Part shown: piece after piece, positions 1 to 8,440 of the stretch | Numbering within the stretch: position 1 is the stretch's first letter | Layout of the letters: each line of letters starts with the position of its first letter | Assembly: GCA_903845155.1 (NCBI GenBank) | Contig: CAIMWN010000250.1 | Coordinates: 2,550-66,549 of the forward strand | DNA: 64,000 bases | Reading direction: 5' to 3' | Source: Oligoflexia bacterium | GTDB taxonomy: Bacteria > Bdellovibrionota > UBA1018 > CAIMNF01 | The notes under the pieces: generated by a model | The model's input: only the letters and a program-made list of their open reading frames with translations | Databases searched by the model: none | Told to the model about the DNA's origin: nothing | Position numbers and translations under genes: made by a program

Positions 1-63
1 TACCCCTATGAATGTGACAACCATGCCCACCGGTATTTCTCCGGGTAACCTCGTGGAGCCGCC

Positions 64-654
64 ATGAAAGGTTTGATGTTAGCTTTTATTTTATTGGGAT
101 CTCACTCGGTAAATGCACAGAGTGTTCCTTGTGCTAGTGGATTTACCTGGAGCCCATCTCTAAACTGTTGTGCGGGGGGTGGCGTTTGTACAGGTGCAGG
201 TATGTGCTATAACGGCGCAACGTGGAATGGCGTTCTTTGCATTTGCCCTAATGGAAATATTGGAAGCGCTGCTTGCTCGCTTCCTGGTGCCGGTGTTGGT
301 AGCGCTGCCGGAGCTACCAATCATACCAGTTGTGTTCCAAACTGTGCAGTGATTGCACCATCGGGCACCTTGCAGTTGGATTCGGCTACCGGAAAATGCC
401 AATGTATTAGCGGAGTGTGGAATGCTAGCAACAGTAATTGTGGCACCGTTCCGCCTACCTATACTTGCATCTGTCAAGACAGCCTTGGCACAGTAAGCCC
501 AGCCGCCGGTTGTTATAATGTCAAAGTCAGTATTGCTGATCCGTCCGATCTGCCAAGTGTTCAACATGGTCCAATTACTGCGACCTGCAGCAGAGATATG
601 ACCGGTAGTGTTTGTCTCAACGGAACTTATAATTGGTCTTGCACGAAGAATTAA
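64..654 (+). CDS. Secreted cysteine-rich protein, function unknown
   Basis: 196-aa ORF with GGAG about 6 nt upstream of the ATG. N-terminal signal peptide MKGLMLAFILLGSHSVNA/QS. 19 Cys in the mature part by my count, including three C-x-C modules (LCICPNG, KCQCISG, TCICQDS). No family recognised. Confidence 0.6.
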   Translation: MKGLMLAFILLGSHSVNAQSVPCASGFTWSPSLNCCAGGGVCTGAGMCYNGATWNGVLCICPNGNIGSAACSLPGAGVGSAAGATNHTSCVPNCAVIAPSGTLQLDSATGKCQCISGVWNASNSNCGTVPPTYTCICQDSLGTVSPAAGCYNVKVSIADPSDLPSVQHGPITATCSRDMTGSVCLNGTYNWSCTKN

Positions 655-742
655 AATGGCTTCGTAGATCATAGTGATTTTAATGTGTGAGGACTGCTCT
701 CCTATTATGCTTGATTACCAATAGCGCCCAAAGCAGGAGAGC

Positions 743-1891
743 TTAGCGGCCTTGCGCCCACAGCGACGGCCCCACATGATTGATCACTCCGCCACCCAAA
801 CAAACTTCACCTTGATACATCACCACATATTGCCCAGGAGTGAGAGCGCGCTGCGGTTCTTTAAAATCTACTCTGATTTTTGTTCCCGGTGTTTCATCAG
901 CTAAATGAGTAAGCGTTACAGTACATGCTTGATCTTCCTGGCGGTATCTCGACTTTGCTGTGCATTCAAAACTTCCGTTTAATACGGGTGGAACTCCTGC
1001 AAACCAATTTAGATCTACTGCATCTAAGTAAGGTGAATAAAGGGCGGGATGTTCCACTCCACGTGCGACTACGACTTCATTTTTTTCGATATTCTTTGCA
1101 ACTACAAACCAAGGTTCACCTTCGCCACCCAAACCCAGCCCTTTTCTTTGACCTAAGGTAAAGAAGGCAATTCCATCGTGAGTGCCTTCTTTGTTGCCGT
1201 CTATATCAATAATGTTTCCCGGTTTGGTGTGCACGTATTGATTTAAAAATGCTTTGAATTTTCGCTCGCCTATAAAACAAATTCCGGTGCTGTCCTTTTT
1301 TGCATGGGTTGCAAGGTTGAGCCTTTTTGCAATTTCTCTTACTTCGGGTTTCGGAAGGTGCCCAATCGGAAATAAGACTCGGTTAAAAACTTCGCCTTTC
1401 ACTGCAGTCAGAAAGTAAGTTTGATCCTTGTTATGGTCAATGGCTCGAACGAGGTCGTGGGTGGCACCATTGGGCGCGACGGAGGTTCGTGCGCGAACTT
1501 GGGCATAGTGACCGGTAGCGAGGTAGTCACAACCGAACTCGATCGCCTTTTTTAAAAATAAATCGAATTTAATTTCTCGATTACAGAGCACATCTGGGTT
1601 TGGGGTATGGCCGGCTTCGTATTGTTTCAAAAATTCGTTGAAAACATGGTCGCGGTATTCTTCAATAAACTCAATTGAGTAGTAGGGAATATCGAGCTGG
1701 GCGCAAACCCTCTGGACATCTTCGAAGTCTTTTGAAGCAGGGCAATCGCCATTCTCGTCTGTTTCATCCCAATTCTTCATGAAAAGGCCAAGAACATCAT
1801 AGCCTTGCTCTTTAAGGATGTAGGCAGCCACAGAAGAATCGACTCCTCCTGACATTCCTAAGACAACACGTTTTCCTTTATTTTGAGACAT
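743..1891 (-). CDS. mnmA: tRNA-specific 2-thiouridylase MnmA
   Basis: 382 aa. PP-loop SGGVDSS near the N-terminus, LGLFMKNWDE, GICFIGER. Colinear with MnmA over the full length. Confidence 0.93.
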   Translation of the reverse strand: MSQNKGKRVVLGMSGGVDSSVAAYILKEQGYDVLGLFMKNWDETDENGDCPASKDFEDVQRVCAQLDIPYYSIEFIEEYRDHVFNEFLKQYEAGHTPNPDVLCNREIKFDLFLKKAIEFGCDYLATGHYAQVRARTSVAPNGATHDLVRAIDHNKDQTYFLTAVKGEVFNRVLFPIGHLPKPEVREIAKRLNLATHAKKDSTGICFIGERKFKAFLNQYVHTKPGNIIDIDGNKEGTHDGIAFFTLGQRKGLGLGGEGEPWFVVAKNIEKNEVVVARGVEHPALYSPYLDAVDLNWFAGVPPVLNGSFECTAKSRYRQEDQACTVTLTHLADETPGTKIRVDFKEPQRALTPGQYVVMYQGEVCLGGGVINHVGPSLWAQGR

Positions 1892-1939
1892 GGGCCCCGA
1901 TTTTAGCAGAAAATGGGCAAATAGTCTATTTGGGAGAAT

Positions 1940-3064
1940 TTACGAGGCGACCTTACTCTTATCGAGCACAATGGCGCTGTTTTCAATGCCATCACAAAGC
2001 ATCAAACAGTGTTCGAGCATCATGTTCATTTGAACGCGATCGCCTGCTTTTAGCTTTTGACTCTGTTCATATTGGTGCTGAATTTCTCTGAGTAAAGTAG
2101 ACATACGGTACTCGAGATTGGCTTCGTTTTTTATTCTTGGATCAGAATAGAGAGAAAGTGCATGTTGAGTGATTTTTCCGGAATTGATTGAAATGTCCTC
2201 GATTCTACGCTCGTGGGTGAGTTGAGATGATTTTAATCTGCTTAAAATCTCCTCAAACTCCTTTAACCAACGAGCGTAGTCGAGTGTAGATGCCCCTGCA
2301 GGATGTGTGGTCGCAGTTGGAGCGGCTGTTGAATCAACTTGTTCAAGAATTTTTTGAAAAAAATCGGGATTGAAACGGTATCCAGCAATCCCCATGAAGA
2401 ATCCGAAAATGGCGACGATCGCGTACCAGATGAATTGGTTGCCATTGGCAAAAACATCTTTCTTTTGTATGTCTTTGGATTGAACACGTACTTGTTCTTT
2501 TAATGTTTGAAAGAGGGTTCCAATTTGAGCGATATCGGTTCCATTCGTTTGAGTGGTTGTACTCACGGAGTGAGTAGAGAGTTTCTTCAGAAGGGAATCG
2601 TATTTTTCATCTAAAGTTCCGCGTTTCGCAATACCTCGTGATTGTGGAAATTGTCTGGCGTGACGAAAGTTAAGGATACCTTCCACCACTTTCGCATATT
2701 GATCGAATTCGAATTGGACTCGGTCATCTTTTAAGTGGTTACTTGTTTTTAAAGCTGCAAACTGTTGATCAAGTGCCTGTGTGATTTCAGCCGCAAATAA
2801 TTCTTTTGGCACTTCGCTCACTGGTACAATGTTATACGGAGTAGGATCGAGAGCCATCGCGCGCCACAAGGCCTCCTGAAAGTTTTTTAATTCTTCCCAG
2901 GGTGTATTTCCATGGGAATCAGATGAAGATGCTTTCAAAAGTTTTACCGATTGTTCAAGCTGGTCAACGTTGTCGATTACTGGAGTTTGCTCTGCACACA
3001 AAGCGCGTGAAGAAACTGCCAATAAAACGAGGAAACTGTAAATGATCCATCCTTTGATCTTCAT
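1940..3064 (-). CDS. Hypothetical membrane-anchored protein
   Basis: 374-aa ORF. N-terminal signal or anchor (WIIYSFLVLLAVSSRALCA) and one central TM segment (FIWYAIVAIFGFFMGIAGY). No recognised domain. Same strand as, and 64 nt downstream of, the M48 peptidase gene. Confidence 0.55.
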   Translation of the reverse strand: MKIKGWIIYSFLVLLAVSSRALCAEQTPVIDNVDQLEQSVKLLKASSSDSHGNTPWEELKNFQEALWRAMALDPTPYNIVPVSEVPKELFAAEITQALDQQFAALKTSNHLKDDRVQFEFDQYAKVVEGILNFRHARQFPQSRGIAKRGTLDEKYDSLLKKLSTHSVSTTTQTNGTDIAQIGTLFQTLKEQVRVQSKDIQKKDVFANGNQFIWYAIVAIFGFFMGIAGYRFNPDFFQKILEQVDSTAAPTATTHPAGASTLDYARWLKEFEEILSRLKSSQLTHERRIEDISINSGKITQHALSLYSDPRIKNEANLEYRMSTLLREIQHQYEQSQKLKAGDRVQMNMMLEHCLMLCDGIENSAIVLDKSKVAS

Positions 3065-3128
3065 AAGAAACTCCTTCTCCTGAATACTTTTCGGCGCCGG
3101 CCCGTTTTTCTAAACGGGAAATGATTGC

Positions 3129-4385
3129 CTACTTTGATTGTTTTTCGCTCGCCACTTCTCGGGTCCCTAAAAAGGTCTGGTTATGGGCACTGACATAAAA
3201 CCCTGTATAGGCAGAAATTGCAGCGAGAACCGAAAAATAGCCGTAAATGAGCTTTTTAGGGATAAATCCATTCGTTGATTTAGGCATTTCCGTATGAAGA
3301 ATCGCTTGTTCCCGCTCATGAAAAGTGGGGTGGGTATTGCCGAACCAAGAACCGCCTTCTGAGCGGTAGAGTGCTTGTCCATTGTGGATGGTGAGTTTTT
3401 TAATTGCTGAAATCACGTCTTCTTTCGCGCATCCAAAATAGGTGACAGCCCAAAGGTCAGCTTCATGCTCGTGTTTACGCTTCAATCGAAAGAGTAGGCT
3501 AAAATTGAAACACATACACACCACTGCAATGAGGGGGGCCAGCTTGGGGAATTGCGAATATTCGTGAAAAGAAATCGAGAGGAGCGATAACAGTATTGCT
3601 GCTGCCAGTATGCCCAAGGAGCCCGTAACGATGGCGAAAATCATGTTTTTAGATAAGTGTTTCTGTTTAATATGAGCCGCTTCGTGTGCAATCACAGCAT
3701 TTAGTTCATTCTCAGTAAGAAGTGTGAAGATGTTTTCACTTAAAAATAGGGATCTTTTGAATGGCCCTCTGCCAAAGCGAGTGCCAGATAAAAATGCATT
3801 TACTGGCGAATGTGGGGCATTTTCGGTTAAATAAATTGAGTCAACAGTTTCGCCCGAATGGGAAAACGTTTTCATCATTCTAAATTTGAGGTGTGATTCA
3901 TTCATGGGAAGCGCACGAAGGATGAATCGACTAAAAAAAGGCGCACCATAAATGAGAGCAACGAAGACAAATAGTGCAACAGGCAGAATACCTAATTGTG
4001 TTGAAAATAACTGCATGGACCCGTAGGCAAAAACAGCCAAAGCGATGACGACCAGGTATCGCCTGAAGGATTGCGAAAGCTGTTGTGAATGAGTCTCTGC
4101 AGTACCTTGGTAAGTAGCCTTGAATCGGTAAAGAAAACCAATGGAGAAGATAAATACAGCAATGCTGGGAGGAAATGATGAATTCGTTTTGCTGGCAGGA
4201 TGGAGAGAGAAAGATACATAGAGGATGACCGAAAGAGCGAATGTGGCTTTAGAAACAAATTTCTCCACCCACTCAGGTCCGATCGCAGTATCCTTTTTTA
4301 GCCGGTATTGAAAATAAAAGGGAATCGCGACTGAAAAGATCATCAGAAAAAATTCAAACGCGTGGTTCAGTGTTTCATTTGGCAT
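3129..4385 (-). CDS. M48-family zinc metallopeptidase, polytopic membrane protein
   Basis: 418 aa. HExxH in the typical M48 context AVIAHEAAHIKQKH. Several hydrophobic segments lie before and after the motif. Confidence 0.7.
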   Translation of the reverse strand: MPNETLNHAFEFFLMIFSVAIPFYFQYRLKKDTAIGPEWVEKFVSKATFALSVILYVSFSLHPASKTNSSFPPSIAVFIFSIGFLYRFKATYQGTAETHSQQLSQSFRRYLVVIALAVFAYGSMQLFSTQLGILPVALFVFVALIYGAPFFSRFILRALPMNESHLKFRMMKTFSHSGETVDSIYLTENAPHSPVNAFLSGTRFGRGPFKRSLFLSENIFTLLTENELNAVIAHEAAHIKQKHLSKNMIFAIVTGSLGILAAAILLSLLSISFHEYSQFPKLAPLIAVVCMCFNFSLLFRLKRKHEHEADLWAVTYFGCAKEDVISAIKKLTIHNGQALYRSEGGSWFGNTHPTFHEREQAILHTEMPKSTNGFIPKKLIYGYFSVLAAISAYTGFYVSAHNQTFLGTREVASEKQSK

Positions 4386-4425
4386 CCGTGCCTCCTGCCC
4401 CTCCTATCGGACGGCAGGCGCTATC

Positions 4426-4454
4426 ATTAAATGGGTAAAATTTACCCATTTAAT
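4426..4454. promoter_or_regulatory. Perfect 29-bp palindrome (candidate operator) between divergent genes
   Basis: ATTAAATGGGTAAA-A-TTTACCCATTTAAT: 14-bp arms around a single central base, with no mismatch. It lies in the 171-bp gap between the divergently transcribed M48 peptidase gene (start 4385) and the secreted-protein gene (ATG 4557). Confidence 0.35.
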
Positions 4455-4556
4455 TCAATAGTTGCCTCAGGTTAAAAATAAATGTTTTGCATTATATTAA
4501 GTTATTGACACGGTGCCCATGATTAAATAGAAGTGTGCGCGAGAGGGAAATATTCA

Positions 4557-5306
4557 ATGAATCAAAAATTTATCCGCGCATTAGTGGTATTGAGCTTAAC
4601 TACTTCTTCAGTGATGGCAGCCGCGCCATCTTCATTTGCAGAAGGCACGCTTGCGAAGTCAAATGAGGGATTAGATGAACTCCTTGACCTCAGTAGCTTT
4701 AATCCCTTCCCCAGCAACGATGTTGCAGCGATTGACCCTATTACCAAGAAAAAGATGGATCAAGTGTTGGTAGGTCCGGCTTACAAATCAACCAATGGCC
4801 GTGCCAATTTTGATTATTATCGCTACGTTACTTTTTTCGATATTGAGTCTAGAAAAGAACGCATCTATGCGCTTCCGATTCAACATGAAGAATGTCATGA
4901 CCTTTCTGAATTGTTTGCTAGCTATAGTTACAATTATACCTTCACTTCGGCGGTCACTGCGAGTATCAGTCTTGAAGGGTTGGGACTCAGTGCTGCATTT
5001 ACGAAATCTCGCGCATTTACAGCCGGCAGAAATCTTCGCGCCACTGGAAAAATCACTGCAAACCATGTCCCATATTTTGTGAAGCAGGATTGGTCTGGCC
5101 AAACTTATATTCAAACTTATAATTCAAAAACGAAGAAAGTTGCCTTTATCGTGAAGGAAAATCCAGAGACCACTAATTGGTTTGTGAAGTATTTATTTCC
5201 GGCGCTTGCTCAACAGCAATATCCAATGCCGTTCGAGGCAAAAGATGCTGAGTGGACTTTCTTGATTGAGCGGACGATTCTCAGCAAGTGTACTGACGAT
5301 AAGTAA
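4557..5306 (+). CDS. Secreted hypothetical protein
   Basis: The ORF-track start (GTG 4533) is trimmed to ATG 4557, giving MNQKFIRALVVLSLTTSSVMAAAPSSFA, a good signal peptide. About 249 aa. Contains a Ser/Thr-rich alternating stretch, YNYTFTSAVTASISLEGLGLSAAFTKSRAFTAG. Confidence 0.55.
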   Translation: MNQKFIRALVVLSLTTSSVMAAAPSSFAEGTLAKSNEGLDELLDLSSFNPFPSNDVAAIDPITKKKMDQVLVGPAYKSTNGRANFDYYRYVTFFDIESRKERIYALPIQHEECHDLSELFASYSYNYTFTSAVTASISLEGLGLSAAFTKSRAFTAGRNLRATGKITANHVPYFVKQDWSGQTYIQTYNSKTKKVAFIVKENPETTNWFVKYLFPALAQQQYPMPFEAKDAEWTFLIERTILSKCTDDK

Positions 5307-5374
5307 ACAGTACGCACTCGCACCTCAAACTTCGCATCTTTACGCTTTTGAACGCTCTATGGAAATTATTGCTC

Positions 5375-6451
5375 TTACGGTTTCTTAGACATGAGCGGCT
5401 TGGGTGGCGGAGTGGTGATAATAATTTCAAGCCGTGAGGTAACAGTGTCCACTACATGCTGAAATGGTGTACTGAGGGCAAGTCCAGCAGCGTATTCATG
5501 GCCACCGCCGCCTAAATCCATAGCGACTTTGTTGATAATTACCGCGCCCTTTGACTTAATGGATACACGTGTCATCTCGCCGTCATCTTCCTCACGGAAA
5601 ATGCACACGACTTCTGCATCCTTTAACACCAGCAAAATATTGAGAAATGACATCGTATCGTCAGCAGTGGCTTTGAATTTTTTCCTGAGATCTAAGCGTA
5701 ATTCCATCCACGCAAGTTTTCCGCTCTTCGATAGCTTGGTGTTTTGAAGCAGAAGTCCGAGAAGTTGAATGTGCGAGAGATCTTTAGTCGAATAAATAGC
5801 CTGATACACCTCTTCTGGGTTCACCCCGAGTGCAATCATTTCAGAAGCAATTTCGTGCGACTGCGGAGTAGTACGGGAGTAGCGAAAACTATTGGTGTCG
5901 GTCATGACGGATACATAGAGACCGAGCGCCATGTCTTCATTGATTTTTGTAAGATTCAATTCCGTGAATAGTTCATAGAGGAGTTCCCCTATCGAGCTCG
6001 AATGCATATCTGAAACCACCATTGCATTGAGTGGGTAGTGCAGTTGCTCTTGCGGCATAATGTCGGGATGATGATCGAGAAAAACAATTTTCTTCGCCCG
6101 AAGTGGGAGCTCATTCCAAAGTTTTCCGAGGCGTCTTGGGTCGTTCGTGTCGACAATAATCCATAAGTCGCAATGATCCCATAATTCCACTTCTCCAGGC
6201 CCGAGAAGGATTTCACCTTTTGGGTCTAAAAATTTATATCGACGAGGGAGATGGTCAGGATTATAAATCCGGACTGATTTTCTCGCCCGTTTTAGATAAT
6301 GGTAAAGCGCAATTTCAGCGCCAAGGCCATCTCCGTCTGGGAGCATATGTGTAGAGATGAGAATTCGTTTTGCATCACCGATGAGGGTCTTGAATTGAAT
6401 GAATTCTTTGCTTTGGGAGAGCGAAATGCTTTTAGTTTTTTTCTGAGTCAT
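5375..6451 (-). CDS. DHH/DHHA1 phosphoesterase (NrnA-type oligoribonuclease / pAp phosphatase-like)
   Basis: Motifs DGDGLGAEIAL, IVDTND, LDHHP (DHH) and GGGHEYAAG (DHHA1 GGGH). Start placed at the internal ATG (MTQKKTKS...); the ORF-track start at 6496 is an equally open alternative. Confidence 0.8.
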   Translation of the reverse strand: MTQKKTKSISLSQSKEFIQFKTLIGDAKRILISTHMLPDGDGLGAEIALYHYLKRARKSVRIYNPDHLPRRYKFLDPKGEILLGPGEVELWDHCDLWIIVDTNDPRRLGKLWNELPLRAKKIVFLDHHPDIMPQEQLHYPLNAMVVSDMHSSSIGELLYELFTELNLTKINEDMALGLYVSVMTDTNSFRYSRTTPQSHEIASEMIALGVNPEEVYQAIYSTKDLSHIQLLGLLLQNTKLSKSGKLAWMELRLDLRKKFKATADDTMSFLNILLVLKDAEVVCIFREEDDGEMTRVSIKSKGAVIINKVAMDLGGGGHEYAAGLALSTPFQHVVDTVTSRLEIIITTPPPKPLMSKKP

Positions 6452-6499
6452 TTCTCTACAGTTTCCTACAAAACCTGCCGAAAGTCTAAGTAGCAACTT

Positions 6500-6850
6500 A
6501 TGAGCACATTAAAAAAAATAGATCCTTTGTATACCATCTTCGAACAACACCTCTTTAACTTTGAGGATTCCAATGCGGATCGGAAGACTTTTACTGACGA
6601 GATCGTCAAAGATTACATCACTCAGATGCGAAAAATGGCCCTATCCGTCCCAGCTGAGCTTGAAGAGCATATTTTTGAAGAATTAAGCTTTCAAGTGAAC
6701 ACAATGCTGGTTAAAAAGATATACGGATGCCTGACGATCAACGAATACACCGCCAAAATACAACCGCTTCAGAAAAAGAAGGCGCGCAAGCGTTATCAGC
6801 AGCTGACGGAAACCGCCGACCAGATCTACACCCGCAAGAAAGTGGCTTGA
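6500..6850 (+). CDS. Hypothetical protein (116 aa)
   Basis: Open frame with plausible protein composition. Its TGA stop overlaps the TTG start of the downstream glycosyltransferase (TTGA). No domain recognised. Confidence 0.45.
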   Translation: MSTLKKIDPLYTIFEQHLFNFEDSNADRKTFTDEIVKDYITQMRKMALSVPAELEEHIFEELSFQVNTMLVKKIYGCLTINEYTAKIQPLQKKKARKRYQQLTETADQIYTRKKVA

Positions 6851-7995
6851 GCCAAAAGCCTTTTCAAAAAGTCGCCATTGTTCATGATTGGTTGAATGGA
6901 ATGCGTGGCGGGGAAATTGTCTTTGAAGCGCTCCTCGATCTTTATCCTCAGGCAGAGGTTTTCACGCTCATTTATGAACCTGAAAAGCTTTCTCCTAGAC
7001 TTCAACAAAAACTTTCTAAAACTCAGGTCCATGTTTCGTGGCTCAATTCATTCTCGTTTACGCGAAAAAAATATCGACAACTGTTACCTCTGCTTCCGTT
7101 TGCCATTCGACGTTTCGATGTCTTTTCTTATGATTTGATTCTATCTTCCTCACATTGTGTGGCGAAAGGGGTAAAGAAACATCCAAGCTCCTTTCATTTG
7201 AGTTATATTCATGCGCCCATGCGCTATATGTGGGACCGGTTTGATGATTATTTCGGTAAGGGCCGGATTAACTTTTTCGTGAGATGGGCCGCAACCATCC
7301 TGAGGCCGCTATTGCAAAGATGGGATTATGGTACTGCTCAAAATGACAGAATAGATGTTTTGGTTGCGAATAGTGAGTTCATCGCAAGGGAAATTAAGAA
7401 ATGTTACGGGCGTGATGCAAAGGTAATTTATCCCTTTGCCAGACTAGAGCGATTTTCGCATGAACGAAAACCAGGTGGTTTTTATTTGATGGTCGGAGCA
7501 TTCGCTCCCTATAAACGAACCGATCTCGCCATTGAAGCATTTGCGCGCTTAGGGTTGCCACTCAAGATTGTGGGGCATGGGCAGGATCGAGACTACTTGA
7601 TGGGCCTGAAGGAGAAGCTCGGTGCCCACATGATTGAGTTTCTAAAAAATCCATCGAATGAAATGATTGAGTCTCTTTATTCTGAATGCAAAGCCTTTGT
7701 TTTCCCCGGAAAAGAGGACTTTGGAATTACTCCATTGGAAGCAATGGCTTCTGGTGCGCCCGTGATCGCATTCGACGAAGGTGGAGCTTGCGAAACGGTG
7801 ACTGGCAAGACGGGAATTCTCTTTAAGCCTCAAACCGTCGATGCACTCTGTGAAGCGATCATGGATATTGAGAGCGGTCGGAAAAAAATAACTCCGGAAG
7901 ACTGCAGAGCGCGCGCTCAATTTTTCACAGAGGCGCGGTTTCATCGTGAAATTCTTGAGGCAATTGCAAAAGGCTTGGACCGCCATGTAGTGTAG
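6847..7995 (+). CDS. Glycosyltransferase family 4 (GT-B, group 1)
   Basis: C-terminal EDFGITPLEAMASGAPVIAFDEGGACETV (E-x7-E region). The N-terminus KVAIVHDWLNGMRGGE is typical of this family. The ORF-track start 6727 overlaps the upstream ORF by 124 nt, so the start is trimmed to the in-frame TTG at 6847. Confidence 0.8.
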   Translation: MSQKPFQKVAIVHDWLNGMRGGEIVFEALLDLYPQAEVFTLIYEPEKLSPRLQQKLSKTQVHVSWLNSFSFTRKKYRQLLPLLPFAIRRFDVFSYDLILSSSHCVAKGVKKHPSSFHLSYIHAPMRYMWDRFDDYFGKGRINFFVRWAATILRPLLQRWDYGTAQNDRIDVLVANSEFIAREIKKCYGRDAKVIYPFARLERFSHERKPGGFYLMVGAFAPYKRTDLAIEAFARLGLPLKIVGHGQDRDYLMGLKEKLGAHMIEFLKNPSNEMIESLYSECKAFVFPGKEDFGITPLEAMASGAPVIAFDEGGACETVTGKTGILFKPQTVDALCEAIMDIESGRKKITPEDCRARAQFFTEARFHREILEAIAKGLDRHVV

Positions 7996-8202
7996 TTTTG
8001 TGTGAGTGAGTCAGACACCGCGATCAGCGTTATTCTAAACTTCCACCCGACTAGTTCATTTTGATCCATGAAAATAATGGATTTGGCGTCATATTGATGC
8101 GAGCCGCAAATGCGTCGTGTAAGTTGACGGTTCCCCAAAAAGCCAAAGTAAAAGCCCCCATGCAATTTTAACGTGATGGGAAAAAAATGCCCATTTTGTC
8201 GA

Positions 8203-8227
8203 CGAAAATATATAAAATATATTTTCG
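8203..8227. promoter_or_regulatory. AT-rich perfect palindrome upstream of the OMP gene
   Basis: CGAAAATATAT-AAA-ATATATTTTCG: 11-bp arms with a 3-nt centre. It lies 214 nt upstream of the OMP start, inside a 440-bp non-coding region. Confidence 0.2.
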
Positions 8228-8440
8228 CTTCACTGTAATATCTGGTGCTTAAGGTATTGCTGAAGTGCATGCACCAAATGCTGCGTGGGTTTGGAATGCT
8301 ACGAAAATTGACAAAGCAAAAGAGTGCCCTAATCATTAAGTCATATAGAAAAAAATTTGACCGAGTGGTCAAAGAAACAACCGAGGAAAAGTTCAATAAT
8401 GAACTTCTCCAACCACAACTAGGAAAAGGAGTGTCTGGAA

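Noticed and set aside
160-672. 170-aa minus-strand ORF overlapping the Cys-rich protein gene
   Set aside because: It is fully antisense to an ORF that has an RBS and a signal peptide. It has no features of its own.
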